This document shows positions 32,913 through 46,376 of a stretch of 53,202 nt of DNA, piece by piece. The notes beneath the pieces are model-generated. The model ran no database searches, was not told where the DNA came from, and was given only the letters and a program-made list of their open reading frames with translations. The translations under genes and the position numbers were made by a program. Numbering within the stretch: position 1 is the first letter of the stretch; every line of letters begins with the position of its first letter. Source of the stretch: Octopus sinensis (lineage: Eukaryota); the NCBI RefSeq assembly GCF_006345805.1, contig NW_021834656.1, positions 1 to 53,202 on the forward strand, read 5' to 3'.

Positions 32913-33092
32913 AAACAACAACAGCAACAACAAAAAAAACAGAATTCACGGAAACAAACAAATATAAACCGGAAACAATATTTAACTGGTTCGTAGTAAA
33001 TAGATTGTTTAGGGGATTCTTTTAACATAGGATGCTATGTTTACCGTGAACATCTTTTGCTGCATGTGTTCTAAGACGTATCTAATTCGTTT

Positions 33093-33159
<67 letters not shown>

Positions 33160-33262
33160 GAAAAAAAGAACATTAAGCAAACAAATCGACGTATTCCTCA
33201 AGCTCCGACTGATGATGTTGATAATGGTGATGATGATAACAGCAACAACAACAATGATAATG

Positions 33263-33293
<31 letters not shown>

Positions 33294-33307
33294 TAATAAT
33301 AATCATG

Positions 33308-33362
<55 letters not shown>

Positions 33363-33699
33363 TGATGATGATGATGATGATGATGATAAAAGTAGAAACT
33401 GACAAAATTGTGAAGATTTACAACATAGGGCATTCCTATAATAAAAGTTGTATTGCGGAAAAATAATAATAAAAAAAAACAGTAAAAACAAAATTACAAC
33501 CAAAATGCCCAAGAGTTGTACATATGTTGAAGTATTTTTTACTTTCATTTTTATTTTTTAAAAAGCTTCTTTTGGTATTTTCTTTTTGTTCTTTTTTTTT
33601 CTTCACAAAATAGAAGTACGAGGAACCGACACCTCCACAGATCTTTGTCTCAATATGTCTGCTCTACTCGAAACTCGACAACAACAACAATAACAGCAA

Positions 33700-35328
33700 C
33701 AATAATAATGATACTTTATTTTATTAGCCACAAGGGCAGAAAACAAAACTAATAGGGACGATACAATACAATGCAAGGGACAAGTGGGGGTGAACAATGC
33801 TGTGTATACAATAAGTAACAAAAACAAGAAAACAACTCAAGAATAAAAATTTCCCAAAAGTGAGGAGTTCCTCACGGGGACAACCGAGGAACTCCACAGA
33901 TCCTGGTTATGCCGACCGCCAGATGCACTTGAGCAGGCGTCTCTCTCTTTCTCAACTCCTCTGGTTTACAAACGAAAGTTCAGAGTAGGCTCATTCAAAC
34001 GGGCCATCCTCGCCGCATTCACCCACCTTGCAACAAATTTACTAGGGTGCAGAACTCCCTTCTCTACTTTCACTTTCCTTTTCAAGTAGAAATCGAAAAA
34101 ATCGATGAGGATTTGACCGAAGAGGAAAATATCTGTCCTCAGTCCTTTCAATCTCATCCACCTCACCACCTCCTTCGCTATAGCCACCAGACAGTAAAAC
34201 TGCCTTTCCTTCCCGGCCAAAGGAAAGCAGCGAGTTGATCTTCACGATAGACTCGGCTGATAACTAGATCCGTTCTACACGCGGAGACAGTTGTTTGACA
34301 AAGCTCCACAAGTCAGTAATGCACGGACATTGGATGAATGCATGTAGGAGGGTTTTGCCCCCCTGTACACATCTCGGACAAATCTGTCTGACAGTTATTC
34401 CGTGTGTCTAGAGCTTGTTTCAAACCGAAAGAGCTTCGCGATAGCACTGCCAGGCCAGGGATTTCTGGAAGTTATCCATAGGCCTCGCCTCGAAATTGCT
34501 CCGGAAAAGACCAGTTAATTGGTCCCTCTGTGAGCGATTGCTGACACTGCAGGTGCCAAGCGCCTTTTCTTGATCCATGACTGTAGCTCCCCCAATGAAT
34601 AGAGCTGCGGAAAATCCTGTGTGACAAACGGCGGGTACACCTGCTCCCCGTTAACAAAGCGCTGAAGATGTTGCAGCCTCAGCGCGTGTCAGCGCATCAT
34701 TAACCACAACATGCCCAGTCCTCTACTCAGCAGTTGCTGACAGCAGATAGACCGTCTGACAAGTGGAACAATTCCCTGTCACAGAAAGCGGAAGAGCAAG
34801 CATTCCTGCTTGATCAGCCACGAAGTGGGGCAATGGACGGTGGTAAGGTGGTAGTAGATGACGGAAGTGATGTACACATTCGCCACTTCGGTCTGATCTT
34901 TCAAGGACAGCTTGGCTGCCCAGCTCATCCTCTACCTCCAGTTCTTGTCTTACCTGGAGGTGCGGACCAAACCAAACCCTAAGCAATTTAACCGGTCCCT
35001 CCGTCGAGCGCCTTACAACGATGTCGTTTGGCATGGACCTGCCTCTCCAGGTGCCGAGCTGCAGGCCCACCGACTTGCCTTGATTAATTTCTGCTCATGT
35101 CACCGCTTCGTACTCCCTTAAGTTAGAGCCTGTCAGCTCGATTTCCGAGCAGTCCGACACTATTACGGTGACGTCGTCCGAATATGTCGACAGGAGCCTT
35201 CCGCATCCTAGATTACGCGGGATGCCCCTCGAAATATCCAACTTCCTTAATAATGGCTTGAGAGCTAGCACATACAGAATGGGAGAGAGTGGGCATCCTT
35301 GAGCGACACTAACAAAAGCTCTATCCAT
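33700..35328 (-). mobile_element. L1/Tx1-clade LINE, 5'-truncated and decayed
   Basis: RT motifs SVAQGCPLSPILYVLALKPLLRKL and YSDDVTVIV (35095-35328); CCHC-type knuckle CPRCVQGGKTLLHAFIQCP (~34385-34330); C-terminal ORF 33966-34220; 3' UTR ending AATAAAATAAAG at an (ATT/GTT)n tract. Confidence 0.9.
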
Positions 35329-35521
35329 TTAAATGTCTGTGTTGTATTACATGAAGATATTTCGCCACTGCTCCTGCCACTTTCCCATACCAAATTTTTA
35401 GTCTCACTGCAACATCTCTTATCCTTCACTCGCCCTAGGACGCTGTGTATGTCTCGGCAAGTGATTGTAACAAACATGCAGATCAAAAGTAGATAACAAC
35501 AACAACAACAACAACAACAAC

Positions 35522-35553
<32 letters not shown>

Positions 35554-35564
35554 TGATGATAAGG

Positions 35565-35631
<67 letters not shown>

Positions 35632-35635
<4 letters not shown>

Positions 35636-35830
35636 GCCTTTATACAGTACCAGGTAGTGACCCTCATGGCTTCTCATCTTAACTGATTGGAAGTGTTATC
35701 ATGTACATTGTTTTGTCTTGGTATAAAAGATGGGGTAAGCAAATATCCTGCTCAGTTCCACAGATTTGCTATCAGTTGTTTGACCTTAATCAGTTGAGCA
35801 TGTCCTTTGATGGCTGACGATATGTGCATA
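35632..35830 (-). mobile_element. Probable non-LTR 3' end abutting (AAT)n
   Basis: Non-simple 200-bp block ending ...GGCATTTATTATTATT on the minus strand at the edge of a long (AAT)n; no coding homology seen, assignment by context only. Confidence 0.4.
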
Positions 35831-35864
35831 TTATATATATATATATGTGTGTATGTGTATAAAA

Positions 35865-35990
35865 CATGGCTTCTTCATGTTTCTGTACAGCAAATTCACT
35901 AACAAGGCTTTGGTCTGCCTGGGGATATCACAGAAGCCCCTTGGCCAAAGTGCTGCACAGTGGGACTGAACTAGGAACCATGTTCTTGGA
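35865..35990 (-). mobile_element. Old SINE family A 5' half
   Basis: CAAATTCACTAACAAGGCTTTGGTC..CAGTGGGACTGAAC..GAACCATGT. Confidence 0.65.
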
Positions 35991-36039
35991 AGGAAAGGCA
36001 GTGGACTGGCAAAGAATTAAGAAACGCATCTCTTTAATT

Positions 36040-36330
36040 ATTCTAGAAGAATGATTTTAAGATGTATGCAAGAAGCAACACAGCTGGAGAGTCTATTAAA
36101 TACTCAAACGAACCCAGCAGTGATATCCAGACGAATATGCGATTTGACAATGTGTAAAATCAAGTATAATTAGTGCGGAAGCAATTAAACTGAAAATAAT
36201 TAGATATTGATACTAAAGTCAGCGAATTCGGAAAGAAGCACCGATGTAAGTATTTAAGAGTAGATGGAATTGATAAGATAACACATACAGAGAAATTATG
36301 GAGAAAACGGTAGAAAAGTTTCCTGTAGAA
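36040..36330 (+). mobile_element. Highly decayed R4/Dong-type RT fragment
   Basis: Frame-broken pieces (N)DFKMYAR, QLESLLNT, SSDIQ and LDIDTKVSEF..CKYLRVDGI resemble YMDDLKLYAK..QL..LL..V..FS.DI.M.FG.DKC..YKYLG of this clade. Confidence 0.5.
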
Positions 36331-36549
36331 AACTCAGACACATATCCGGCATCAGTCAGAAATAAGATTTCATACACACACACACACACACACACACAAC
36401 ACACACACACGCACACGCACACACACATTCACCTCACATACATACCTATATAATATAGATATATATATAATTATATATATATATATATATATAAAATGAT
36501 TGAACACCTCGCGTCACTTTCTTATTTCTCCAGTAAGTTTATATATATT

Positions 36550-36601
<52 letters not shown>

Positions 36602-37207
36602 ATTACATAAATATATATATGTATGTATATATTTATATATATATAAAAGTGTGTGTGTCTATATATATATGTATATGTATATGAGTGTATAGATAAAAAT
36701 ATATGTAAGTACGTATATGTATGCATGTGTGTGTGTGTGTGTTCTACATAGAAGTGCGCTTGTCATTCTAGTCATAAAGTACAGGTTCGATTTAGCAAAT
36801 GTGAATCTAATTGAAGAGATTAGACATAAAAAACAAAACAGAAATGAAAGCACTCATTATCTTCAAGTTGATAGAGACTGATTATATTTCCGAAATGCAA
36901 ATAGAGAAGATGCGTGCTGCACCTAGAAAAGTAATACAATATACCAACAGTTGTTCTCGAAAAATAATTAAAACCAAGCAAAGGTTAACTGGTTGGTTTA
37001 ATAAAGGAACATGAATTAGTCTAAGGAAAGAAAAAAAGAAACAACAGCAAAAGTAAGAGAATGGAATAAAGTCCACGCGAGAAGTGAGATGTTTTTACTG
37101 TGTATCTGTTACCTGTTGCAGTCATCGGAGTTTATATTTTTAATTTTTGGTGCGTTTTCTATCGGTACCTTTTGCCGAATCAGTATGTTTCGCTAACGCA
37201 AACATAC

Positions 37208-37437
37208 CTATTTCTTTATTACCCACAAGTGGCTAAACACAGAGCGGACAAACAAGGACAGACATAGGTATTAAGTCGATTACATCGACCCCAGTGCGTA
37301 ACTGGTACTTAATTTATCGACCCCGAAAGGATGAAAGGCAAAGTCGACCTCGGCGAAATTTGAACTCACAATGTAACGCAGACGAAATACCGCTAAGCAT
37401 TTCGCCCGGCGTGCTAACGTTTCTGCCAGCTCGCCGA
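37208..37437 (-). mobile_element. SINE family B monomer with TSD
   Basis: Full head, core and tail; flanked by TAACGCAAA(C/G)ATAC at 37194-37207 and 37438-37451. Confidence 0.92.
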
Positions 37438-38018
37438 TAACGCAAAGATACCACTATCGTTTGCCAGCCTGGAGGGTGAACGAACACATACAAAACGGCA
37501 CATGCGCACCCGCGCGCACACACACACGCATACATGCATATATAAATATGTATATATATATGTGTATGTATACGTATGTATTTATGCATAGTTTAGGATA
37601 CTCATTAAGTTGTCATAATAGAACTCAGAGTTTCAAATGCCGGAACTAAGAGCTACGAAGCATTCTCATCGGCTATTATAACAATAGACGCTATAGAAAA
37701 AAAAACGCTGAATAAAAGGGAAGTTACTCTAATAGGTAGGGAAAACATAAAAGATAAATACACGCAACCATATTCTCAAAATACATACACATAAAAACCT
37801 CCTGCGTTCATAACGTCTCCATACGTTCAAACTCACATAAACACGTGTCGATATATGTCTATACACACACAAACATATATGTACATACACATATCCACAC
37901 ACAACTACATGTGCATATATATGCGCATATATATACGTATATATGCACGCAACTTCATCGTCATATACACATAGCTGTATACTTCCATATATATTAGACA
38001 TTTATACATAAAAATATA

Positions 38019-38056
<38 letters not shown>

Positions 38057-38119
38057 TATACATACTCATACGGGTTTACATTCACACTCCCGCATATACA
38101 TATATGTAGACCCCCCCCC

Positions 38120-38151
<32 letters not shown>

Positions 38152-38279
38152 ATATATATATAGATATATATATATATATATATACATCCTCCTATCACAT
38201 ACCTACAACCGCAGATATACAAGCAAATGCATATCCGTATAAAAGAAGGGGGCGTGTGCATGAAAGTTGCACTTATGGA

Positions 38280-38450
38280 CCGGACACAGTCCTACAGTTC
38301 TTCTGGAGGGCTTAGAAAAACTGTAGGACCGCTGCAAAAGTGTGTGAATCTGAGAGGGGAATATTCTGGATAAGATCATAATTAACCGATCCGCTTGTAT
38401 TTTTTTTCTCCTTTTTATCCGAAGCCAAGAACATTTCAGGAACTCCCTTG
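38280..38450 (+). mobile_element. Mariner 3' end, homologous to the 11929-12137 MITE
   Basis: GGCTTAGAAAAACTG.AGGA.CGCTGCAA..GTG.GTGAATCTGAGAGGG and the TIR-like AAC.TTTCAGGAACTCCCTTG|TA. Confidence 0.7.
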
Positions 38451-39114
38451 TAGATTGAAAGTGATAAAGGAAAAAGTTGTTCATGATAGTTTCCATTATA
38501 TTTTACTTCTCACGGAAGCAGGTCGACATGTTCATAATTAGCAGAGAGAATTATATATTTATACACACGCAACACACACACAAACACAAACATACACGCG
38601 CGCTCGCACAAACAGACTCGCGTGAACACACTCCGGGACTCAGACACACACACACATAGACACAAGCTCGCGCACTCGTACATTCAAACGTACACATGTA
38701 AACATACACATACACTCACATATACACACACAAGCACACATACGTCAATACACGTAGAGACATACAGACATTATAACCTATATGTACATGCAAACTTAAG
38801 TACATGAACTTATATAAATATGCATGCATACATACACACATACATACATGCATACATACATACCTGCATACATGCATACATACATACATACATACATACA
38901 TACATACATACATACATACATACCTGCATACATGCATACATACATACATACATATATACATACATACATACATACATACATACATACATACATACATACT
39001 TAGATACATACATGCATACAAACATACTTACATACATACATGTATACATACATACATACATTCACACGCCAACCCGTATATTCGCTGGTATACTTGTTAC
39101 AATATACGTACATA

Positions 39115-39720
39115 TATGAAGCGGCGAGCTGGCATAAACGTTAGCACGCCGAGCGAAATGCTTAGCGGTCTTTCGTCTGGGTTACGTTCGGAGTTCAAGT
39201 TCCGCCGAGGTCGACTTTGCCTTTCATCCTTTCGGGGTCGATAAATTAAGGACCAGTTACGCACTGGGGTCGATATAATCGACTTAATCCGTTTGTCTGA
39301 CCTTATTTGTCCTCTCCGTGTTTAGCCCCTTGCGGATAGTAAAGAAATAGGTATTTCGTCTGTCTTTATGTTCTGAGTTCAAATTCCGCCGAGGTCGACT
39401 TTGCCTATCATCCTTTCGGGGTCGATTAAATAAGTACCAGTTACGCACTGGGATCAATGTAATCGACTCAATCCCTTTGTCTGTTCTTGTTTGTCCCCTC
39501 TATGTTTAGCCCCTTGTGGGCAATAAAGAAATAAGAAACATTAGTACGCCAGGCGAAATGCTTAACGGTATTTCGTTTGTCTTTACGTTTTGAGTTCTAA
39601 TTCCGCCGAGGTCGACTTTGCCTTTCATCCTTTTGGAGTCGATGAATTAAGTGCCAGTTGCGTACTTGGGTCGATACATTCGACTGGCGCCACCTCCCCT
39701 AAATATTTCATGTAGGAAAG
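39115..39720 (+). mobile_element. SINE family B trimer inserted as one unit
   Basis: Three tandem core units (~39119-39350, 39350-39535, 39535-39720) flanked by an exact 14-bp TSD AATATACGTACATA (39101-39114, 39721-39734). Confidence 0.9.
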
Positions 39721-39766
39721 AATATACGTACATACAAAGTTGACGTAAAACATAAATTAGTACTAC

Positions 39767-39798
<32 letters not shown>

Positions 39799-40288
39799 TA
39801 TATATAATATATATACACGCAAAGTACACATATATATACCACTCATACATATATACATATAACTGCACTAAATGTTTCTCATACGGGAGCCTGCCTATGG
39901 TTATAGACTCAAGATAATAGATTGTTAAACACATATGTTTGCATGTATGAATATACAAGTGAATTAATTCATACATCAGTATGCATTTATATGTGAATAT
40001 ATAAATATATGTGTGTGTGAGTGTATATGTGTGTGTATAATAAATATGTATATAAAGATACATTCATAGACACACACACATACATATGTATAGGGGATAT
40101 ACAAATCTATGCACAATTGTATACGAACCCATCCGTGCGTACATATATATTTATAGATGTGCCTATATACACACATATATATATACATATATATATATAT
40201 ATATGTATATATGTATATATATATATATATTATAAAGTTTTTATAAATGTATACATATGTGTGTATACACATTATATATGTATATACC

Positions 40289-40355
<67 letters not shown>

Positions 40356-40663
40356 TGGTTATTGGCATATGTGTGCCCTTGTGTATAGTGTGTGTGTGTT
40401 TTTTATTAAATAATATATGCAAATTTACTCATATATATGCACGTATTCACACTGAGGCAAAAATATGAAGACAGATATCTATGTAACTATTTACATTTAA
40501 ATTTACCTAAAATGGAATCATTAATACTGTTGTTACTGTCTCTCTCTTAATGCACACACACACACACACGTACAAATACACACACATACATATTTATGTA
40601 GGTATGTATTTATGGACATATATGTATGCATGCATCTGTGTATATAATGATATAATAATAATA

Positions 40664-40710
<47 letters not shown>

Positions 40711-40770
40711 TTAATATTAATAATAATGATGATGATGATGATGATAATGATAAAGATAATAACAATACTA

Positions 40771-40802
<32 letters not shown>

Positions 40803-40926
40803 ATAATACTAATAATAATAATAATGTGTGTGTGTGTGTGTGTGTATGACGTATGCGAAAGAAATTGTAATTAGGTATCTATTCTATTCTTTGCACCGTC
40901 TGAATTCAGTGTTTGCGATATATATG

Positions 40927-40968
<42 letters not shown>

Positions 40969-41306
40969 TATATATATATTTATATACACACACATATACA
41001 TATATATATATATAATATATATATATATGTATATATACTTTGATACTTTGATAGGTTTCGGCCATTATTGGCCCAGGCCATGTCTAACTTAATACCACCA
41101 CCTGGTATATATATATATATATATGCACACACATGCACACATATATGGATATACATGCATACGTGTAAACAGAATTTCTATTCTCATGTTTAAATATTTT
41201 ATCTAACCATGGCTTGACACTTGGGTACGTCAACGGACCTGTATGTATGTAGGAAGAAACAGACGAATGATGCTTCTAAGTGTATATATATAATATTATA
41301 TATATA

Positions 41307-41377
<71 letters not shown>

Positions 41378-41677
41378 TATATAATCATATGAATGTTGAC
41401 GCTTTCCCGCAAGATATCAGCACAAAAAGAAAAAAAAGATGTGTTGTGTTTTATCATTTCTCTAGAAAATTCCAAACTTTTTATAGCTAAAATATAGCTA
41501 GATTCATTTTCTAACTTGTTTCTCTTTCACTATTATATTTTTGTCTGTTAAATTCCAAGAACAATTGTGCTCCAGCCTGACCGCACCAGCATGATTGCAA
41601 CGAATTAAAAGAAATAAAGAATATATATAATATAACAATAAAGAAGTCTTATATATGTGTATGTGTGTGTGTACACA

Positions 41678-41969
41678 TTCTTTTATTCTTTTACTTGTTT
41701 CAGTGATTTGACTGCGGCCATGCTGGAGCACCGTGTTTAGTCGAACAAATCGACCCCATCACTTATTCTTTATAAGCTTAGTACTTATTCTGCCAGTCCC
41801 TTTTACCGAACCGTTAAGCTATAGAGGCGTAAATACACCTGCATCGGTTTTCAATCGATGGAGGGGGTACAAACACACATACAAATATATATATATATAC
41901 ACACACAACGGGCATCCTTCAGTTTCCCTCAAAGCTTTGGTCGGCCCGAGGATATAGTAGAAGATACTT
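41678..41969 (-). mobile_element. SINE family A, 5'-truncated
   Basis: Tail and central region match; the head is replaced by (ATGT)n. Confidence 0.85.
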
Positions 41970-42082
41970 GGATGTATGTATGTATGTATGTATGTATGTA
42001 TGTATGTATGTATGCATGTATGTAGGTAGGTATATATATATATATATATATATACATATACGTGTATGTATATATGTATCTT

Positions 42083-42165
<83 letters not shown>

Positions 42166-42191
42166 TATATATATATAATATATATATATAT

Positions 42192-42232
<41 letters not shown>

Positions 42233-42247
42233 GGAGAGAGAGAGAGA

Positions 42248-42290
42248 GTAGAAGTATAACCCGGCCATGCCCAGGATTAAGTTACGATTA
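42248..42290 (-). mobile_element. Possible second Helitron 3' terminus
   Basis: GTAGAAGTATAACCCGGCCATGCCCAGG parallels CTAGCAGTATCACCGGCGTTGCTCAGG at 15438; the terminal CTAG is mutated and no 5' end was found. Confidence 0.3.
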
Positions 42291-43001
42291 TTAAGCTAAT
42301 CAAGTTCTTTATTTCAAACCAAACTAAGTAATTTTGGCGTCAAATTTGGGCGAAATCCGTTGAAATTAGTTATATTATATATATATATTATGTATATTAT
42401 ATATATATATATATAATATAAATATATATGGGCAATAGATACGAACACACATACACACACGTACGTACATCTATTGCATGTTTTGTGCACGCATACATGG
42501 AAAATATGTTGCTAAATTTGTAGATTAACACTCGCACGATTTTCACTAAAGTATATACACTATGATTATAGAATATAGTGTCTTTCAAAAACAAAAAACA
42601 AAAAATATTTTACGTTTTATTTCTTATGAACGTCATAACTTACTCTCTCTCTCTCTCTTTCCCTCTCTCAGTTTGTCTTTCCCGTGAAGCTCTCTGCCTC
42701 CTTCTTCCACTTTTCTTTATCTTATTATTTTTTTGTTAGACGCCATCAAAAAGTAATCGCGAATAATTGTTATGGTTAAAAGCTATGGTTGAAAATTGTT
42801 GAAAATAGATTTATACCCTATCCGCGGGTGCCTCGGGGGAAAAAATAAGTTGACAAAACCCTGATAGGGTGTTGACAAATGTCCTCCTAAAATTATAGCA
42901 AACCTGATATTAAGTGGTGGTGCTTGGGAAGAAGCGTGATCTAAATGTCAGTCTAGGATGAAATCGGCTAAAATGGATTTCTAAAACACTAAATGTCATT
43001 T

Positions 43002-43307
43002 AGTGGAGGCACATGGCCTAGTGGTTAGAGCAGCAGACTCGCGATTGAGGGATCGCGGGTTCGAATCTCAGACCGGACGATGTGTGTGTTTATGAGCGAA
43101 ACACCTAAGCTCCACGCGTCTCCGGCAGAAGGTAATGGCGAACTTCTGCTGACTCTTTCACCACAACTTTCTCTCACTCTTTCCTCCTGCATCTTGCAGC
43201 TCACCTGCAACGGACCGGCGTCCCGTCCAGGGGGGAGGACCTATACGCCAAGGAAACTGGGAAACCGGCCCTATGAGCCAGGCATGGCTCGAGAAGGAAC
43301 AAACAAC
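43002..43307 (+). mobile_element. tRNA-derived SINE (head 1, tail Y) with TSD
   Basis: TGGCCTAGTGGTTAG and GGTTCGAATC boxes; 11-bp TSD AAATGTCATTT at 42991-43001 and 43308-43318. Confidence 0.92.
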
Positions 43308-43748
43308 AAATGTCATTTTAAAAAATGGGATATAAATATTTATATACGATATACAGCTCACCGATTTAATCCTTTCCTTATTCTTTATGATGTTGGTCAT
43401 GAGTTCGGTTCTTGGACAAGACTGTGAGCTTGAGCAATGCATTTCATTTCACATTTGCCCAGTCTACTTAGGAGTGCCAGTGCTGGAGTTGTCCCCTTTC
43501 CATCAAGCTATCACAGGCCGGATGTCCTATTAGATCGTTGGTGGGATTTTCAAGCAAGTGTCTAATTTTGCTTGTGACTACAAGCTACGAAGGGACAGTT
43601 ATTTTCGAAGATGATAACCGCAATTACTGATTAGAACAAGGAATGTCGGAAAGGAAAGCCCAACACAATTTTGTCCCCTACTCATCCAATCAACTCGCCA
43701 CCACAGGCGCATACTCACAAAAAATTACACATAACAAAATTACATATA

Positions 43749-44165
43749 AGGCGGTGAACTGGCAGAAACGTTAGCTCGGCGGGTGAAATGCTTTGCGGTA
43801 TTCCGTCTGCCGTTACGTTCTGAATTCAAATTCCGCCGAGGTCGACTTTGCCTTTCATCCTTTCGGGGTCGATAAATTAAGGACCAGCTACGCACTGGGG
43901 TCGATATAATCGACTTAATCAGTTTGTCTGACCTTGTTTGTCCTCTCTGTGTTTATCCCCTTGCGGATAGTAAAGAAATAGGTATTTCGTCTGTCTTTAC
44001 GTTCTGAGTTCAAATTCCGCCGAGGTCGACTTTGCCTTCCATCCTTTCGGGGTCGATTAAATAAGTACCAGTTAAGCACTGGAGTCGATATAATCGACTT
44101 AATCCGTTTGTCTGTCCTTGTTTGTCCCCTCTGTGTTTGGCCCCTCGTGGGTAGTAAAGAAATAG
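43749..44165 (+). mobile_element. SINE family B dimer
   Basis: Two core units; flanking AAAATTACACATAAC at 43721-43735 and 44166-44180, with a variant copy at 43736-43748. Confidence 0.9.
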
Positions 44166-45060
44166 AAAATTACACATAACACACACACATACACACGCAT
44201 GCAGTACATACACATGAATACACATACAAACACACACGCGCGCGCACACACACTTGATAAATCTAAATCTGTGTTCTGTAATTCCTATAATGTCATAGAC
44301 CAAAAGACTGTCTGCTAAGCATCTCAAAATCTGAGCGAACAAAAGACGAATTGTGCTGATTAAAAATACTCAAAAAATATTAACGAAAAGAAAATCTGTT
44401 CTTAATACTTCTTTTCTATAGATTTGAAATAAACCCAAATCTTCATAAATATATATATTTTTTAGCATTATTTTTGTCTACCGAAAAGCGAAAACTTTTA
44501 CCAATCTATTCCAATATACTTATCTACTTATATAAACTCCTTCTTATACGTTCAAATCTACTTCTACTCATTTTTTTTTTGTTAATATTTTCATTTCCTC
44601 TTATAATTTTTTCCCCTATTTTAATGAATTCTTGTTGAATAAAATATAATCGGTTAATATAATTATGAAATTCTTTGGAACACTTTGTTCCGATGAAGGC
44701 AGAGACTGCTGAAAAAAAAATGCTTGGAAATATTGAAGGATTAAACGCTCAAATCAAATTAAATATTAAAAATAACTCGAGAAACAAACGTCTTTTTAAT
44801 TGTTACACAAGGAGGGAACTTTCCAGGAAATTTTGTCTCCTTATGAAGAATATAGAATACGCTTTAAAAAATGAGACTATATATATATACACATGCATAT
44901 ACATATATGTGTGCATGTTTGTGTTTTTGTGTGTCTATGTATGTGTGTGTCTGTGTTTGTGTATCTCCACATACATAGCAACTACATATAGCCGTCTAAC
45001 GTTATTGGATATACCAATTTACATATTAAATATATTCCTGGAAGCTGGTACGTAAATATT

Positions 45061-45444
45061 CTTTTCTATTCTAGGCAAAAGGCCCGAAATTTATGGCGAG
45101 GAGGCCAGTCATTTAGAGTGATCCCAGTACGCAACTGGTACTTAATTTATCGACCCCGAAAGGATAAAAGGCAGAGTCGACCACGGCATAATTTGAACTC
45201 AGAACGTAAAGACAGATGAAATACCGCTAAACGTTTCGTCCGGCACGTTTCTTATTTCTTTATTGCTCACAAGGGGCTAAACATAGAGCGGACAAACAAG
45301 GACAGACAAAGGGATTACATCGACACCGAAAGGATGAAAAGCAAAGTCGACCTCTGCATAATTTGAACTCAGAACGTAAAGACAGACGAAATACCGCTAA
45401 AAATTTCCCCCGGCGTGGTAACGTTTCTGCCAGCTCGCCGCCTT
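45061..45444 (-). mobile_element. SINE family B dimer with an alternative terminal tail
   Basis: Two core units; 16-bp TSD CTGGT(A/G)CGTAAATATT at 45045-45060 and 45445-45460. Confidence 0.88.
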
Positions 45445-45810
45445 CTGGTGCGTAAATATTAATGGCTTGTAGGCACACGCTATTTCATTATGCAACCATG
45501 AATGGCTACAAGGGATATTAAACGTTTTTATAAACCGATACCGCGTTCTACAGTGTTAGCAGTGCAGTTAAATCACGTATTAAGGACATCTCTACATATT
45601 TTCCATTGGAATTACAGCCAGCACTGATTTTTGTTAGGACGTTTCGTATCCGAGACGCTAGAAGTAAACAAATGAGATTGAAAATGAAAAATGTGTAATG
45701 GACGCATATGCCATATTTCGGCGGGTATTGTTCCTTCATCATCACCTACCTAACTCACTAATCATCTACGGACTCATTGCTTAAATAACCACCATTTATA
45801 GTGGTATGTA

Positions 45811-46376
45811 TTAGGTTGTCCGGAAAGTTCGTGCCGATTTATAGTAGCTTACCTTTCAATTTATTTTAGAACATGGCTGAGTCCATAAAATAGGATTTGA
45901 TTACACTTCCATTTAGAGTACAGTTTAAGCTATCTTTTCGTGGAAGAAGGTTTAAGTTCCTATAACCTGTGGTAATTCTGTAACCCTTTAAAGTGGAAGA
46001 TAAGAAAATTCATTTTCGGCACTTGATGATTTGGGTACCAGACAAAAATTGATGCAGCTCGGCTGGGATGTGTTACCCCACCCTCCATATTCACCAGATA
46101 TTGCTCCTTCGGATTTCCACTTATTCAGGCCTCTGCAGAATAATCTTAATGGTAAAAATTTCAATTCCTTGGATGACGTAAAAAGATACCTTGATAAATT
46201 CTTTGCCATGAAACCACCCCAATTCTGGGAAGAGGGTACATTCAAGTTAAAGGAAAGATGGAGACGCATTGTGCAACAAAATGGTTCATATTTGGTTGAT
46301 TAAAAATGTAATGGCAAGTATTTATTGACCGTTTTCTTTCCTTTAGAAATCGGCATGAACTTTCCGGACAACCCTA
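45811..46376 (+). mobile_element. Internally deleted mariner (566 bp) with both TIRs
   Basis: TA TSDs (45809-10, 46377-78); 30-bp TIRs (27/30); N-terminal (V)EDKKIHFRHLM fused to C-terminal TRQKLMQLGWDVLPHPPYSPDIAPSDFHLFRPLQN..WRRIVQQNGSYLVD* (ORF 46031-46303) carrying the YSPD(L/I)APSD mariner motif. Confidence 0.95.

Noticed and set aside
46031-46303. Open 90-aa mariner ORF as an active transposase
   Set aside because: The element is only 566 bp; the DNA-binding domain and the first two catalytic aspartates are deleted. No intact autonomous element exists anywhere in the window.
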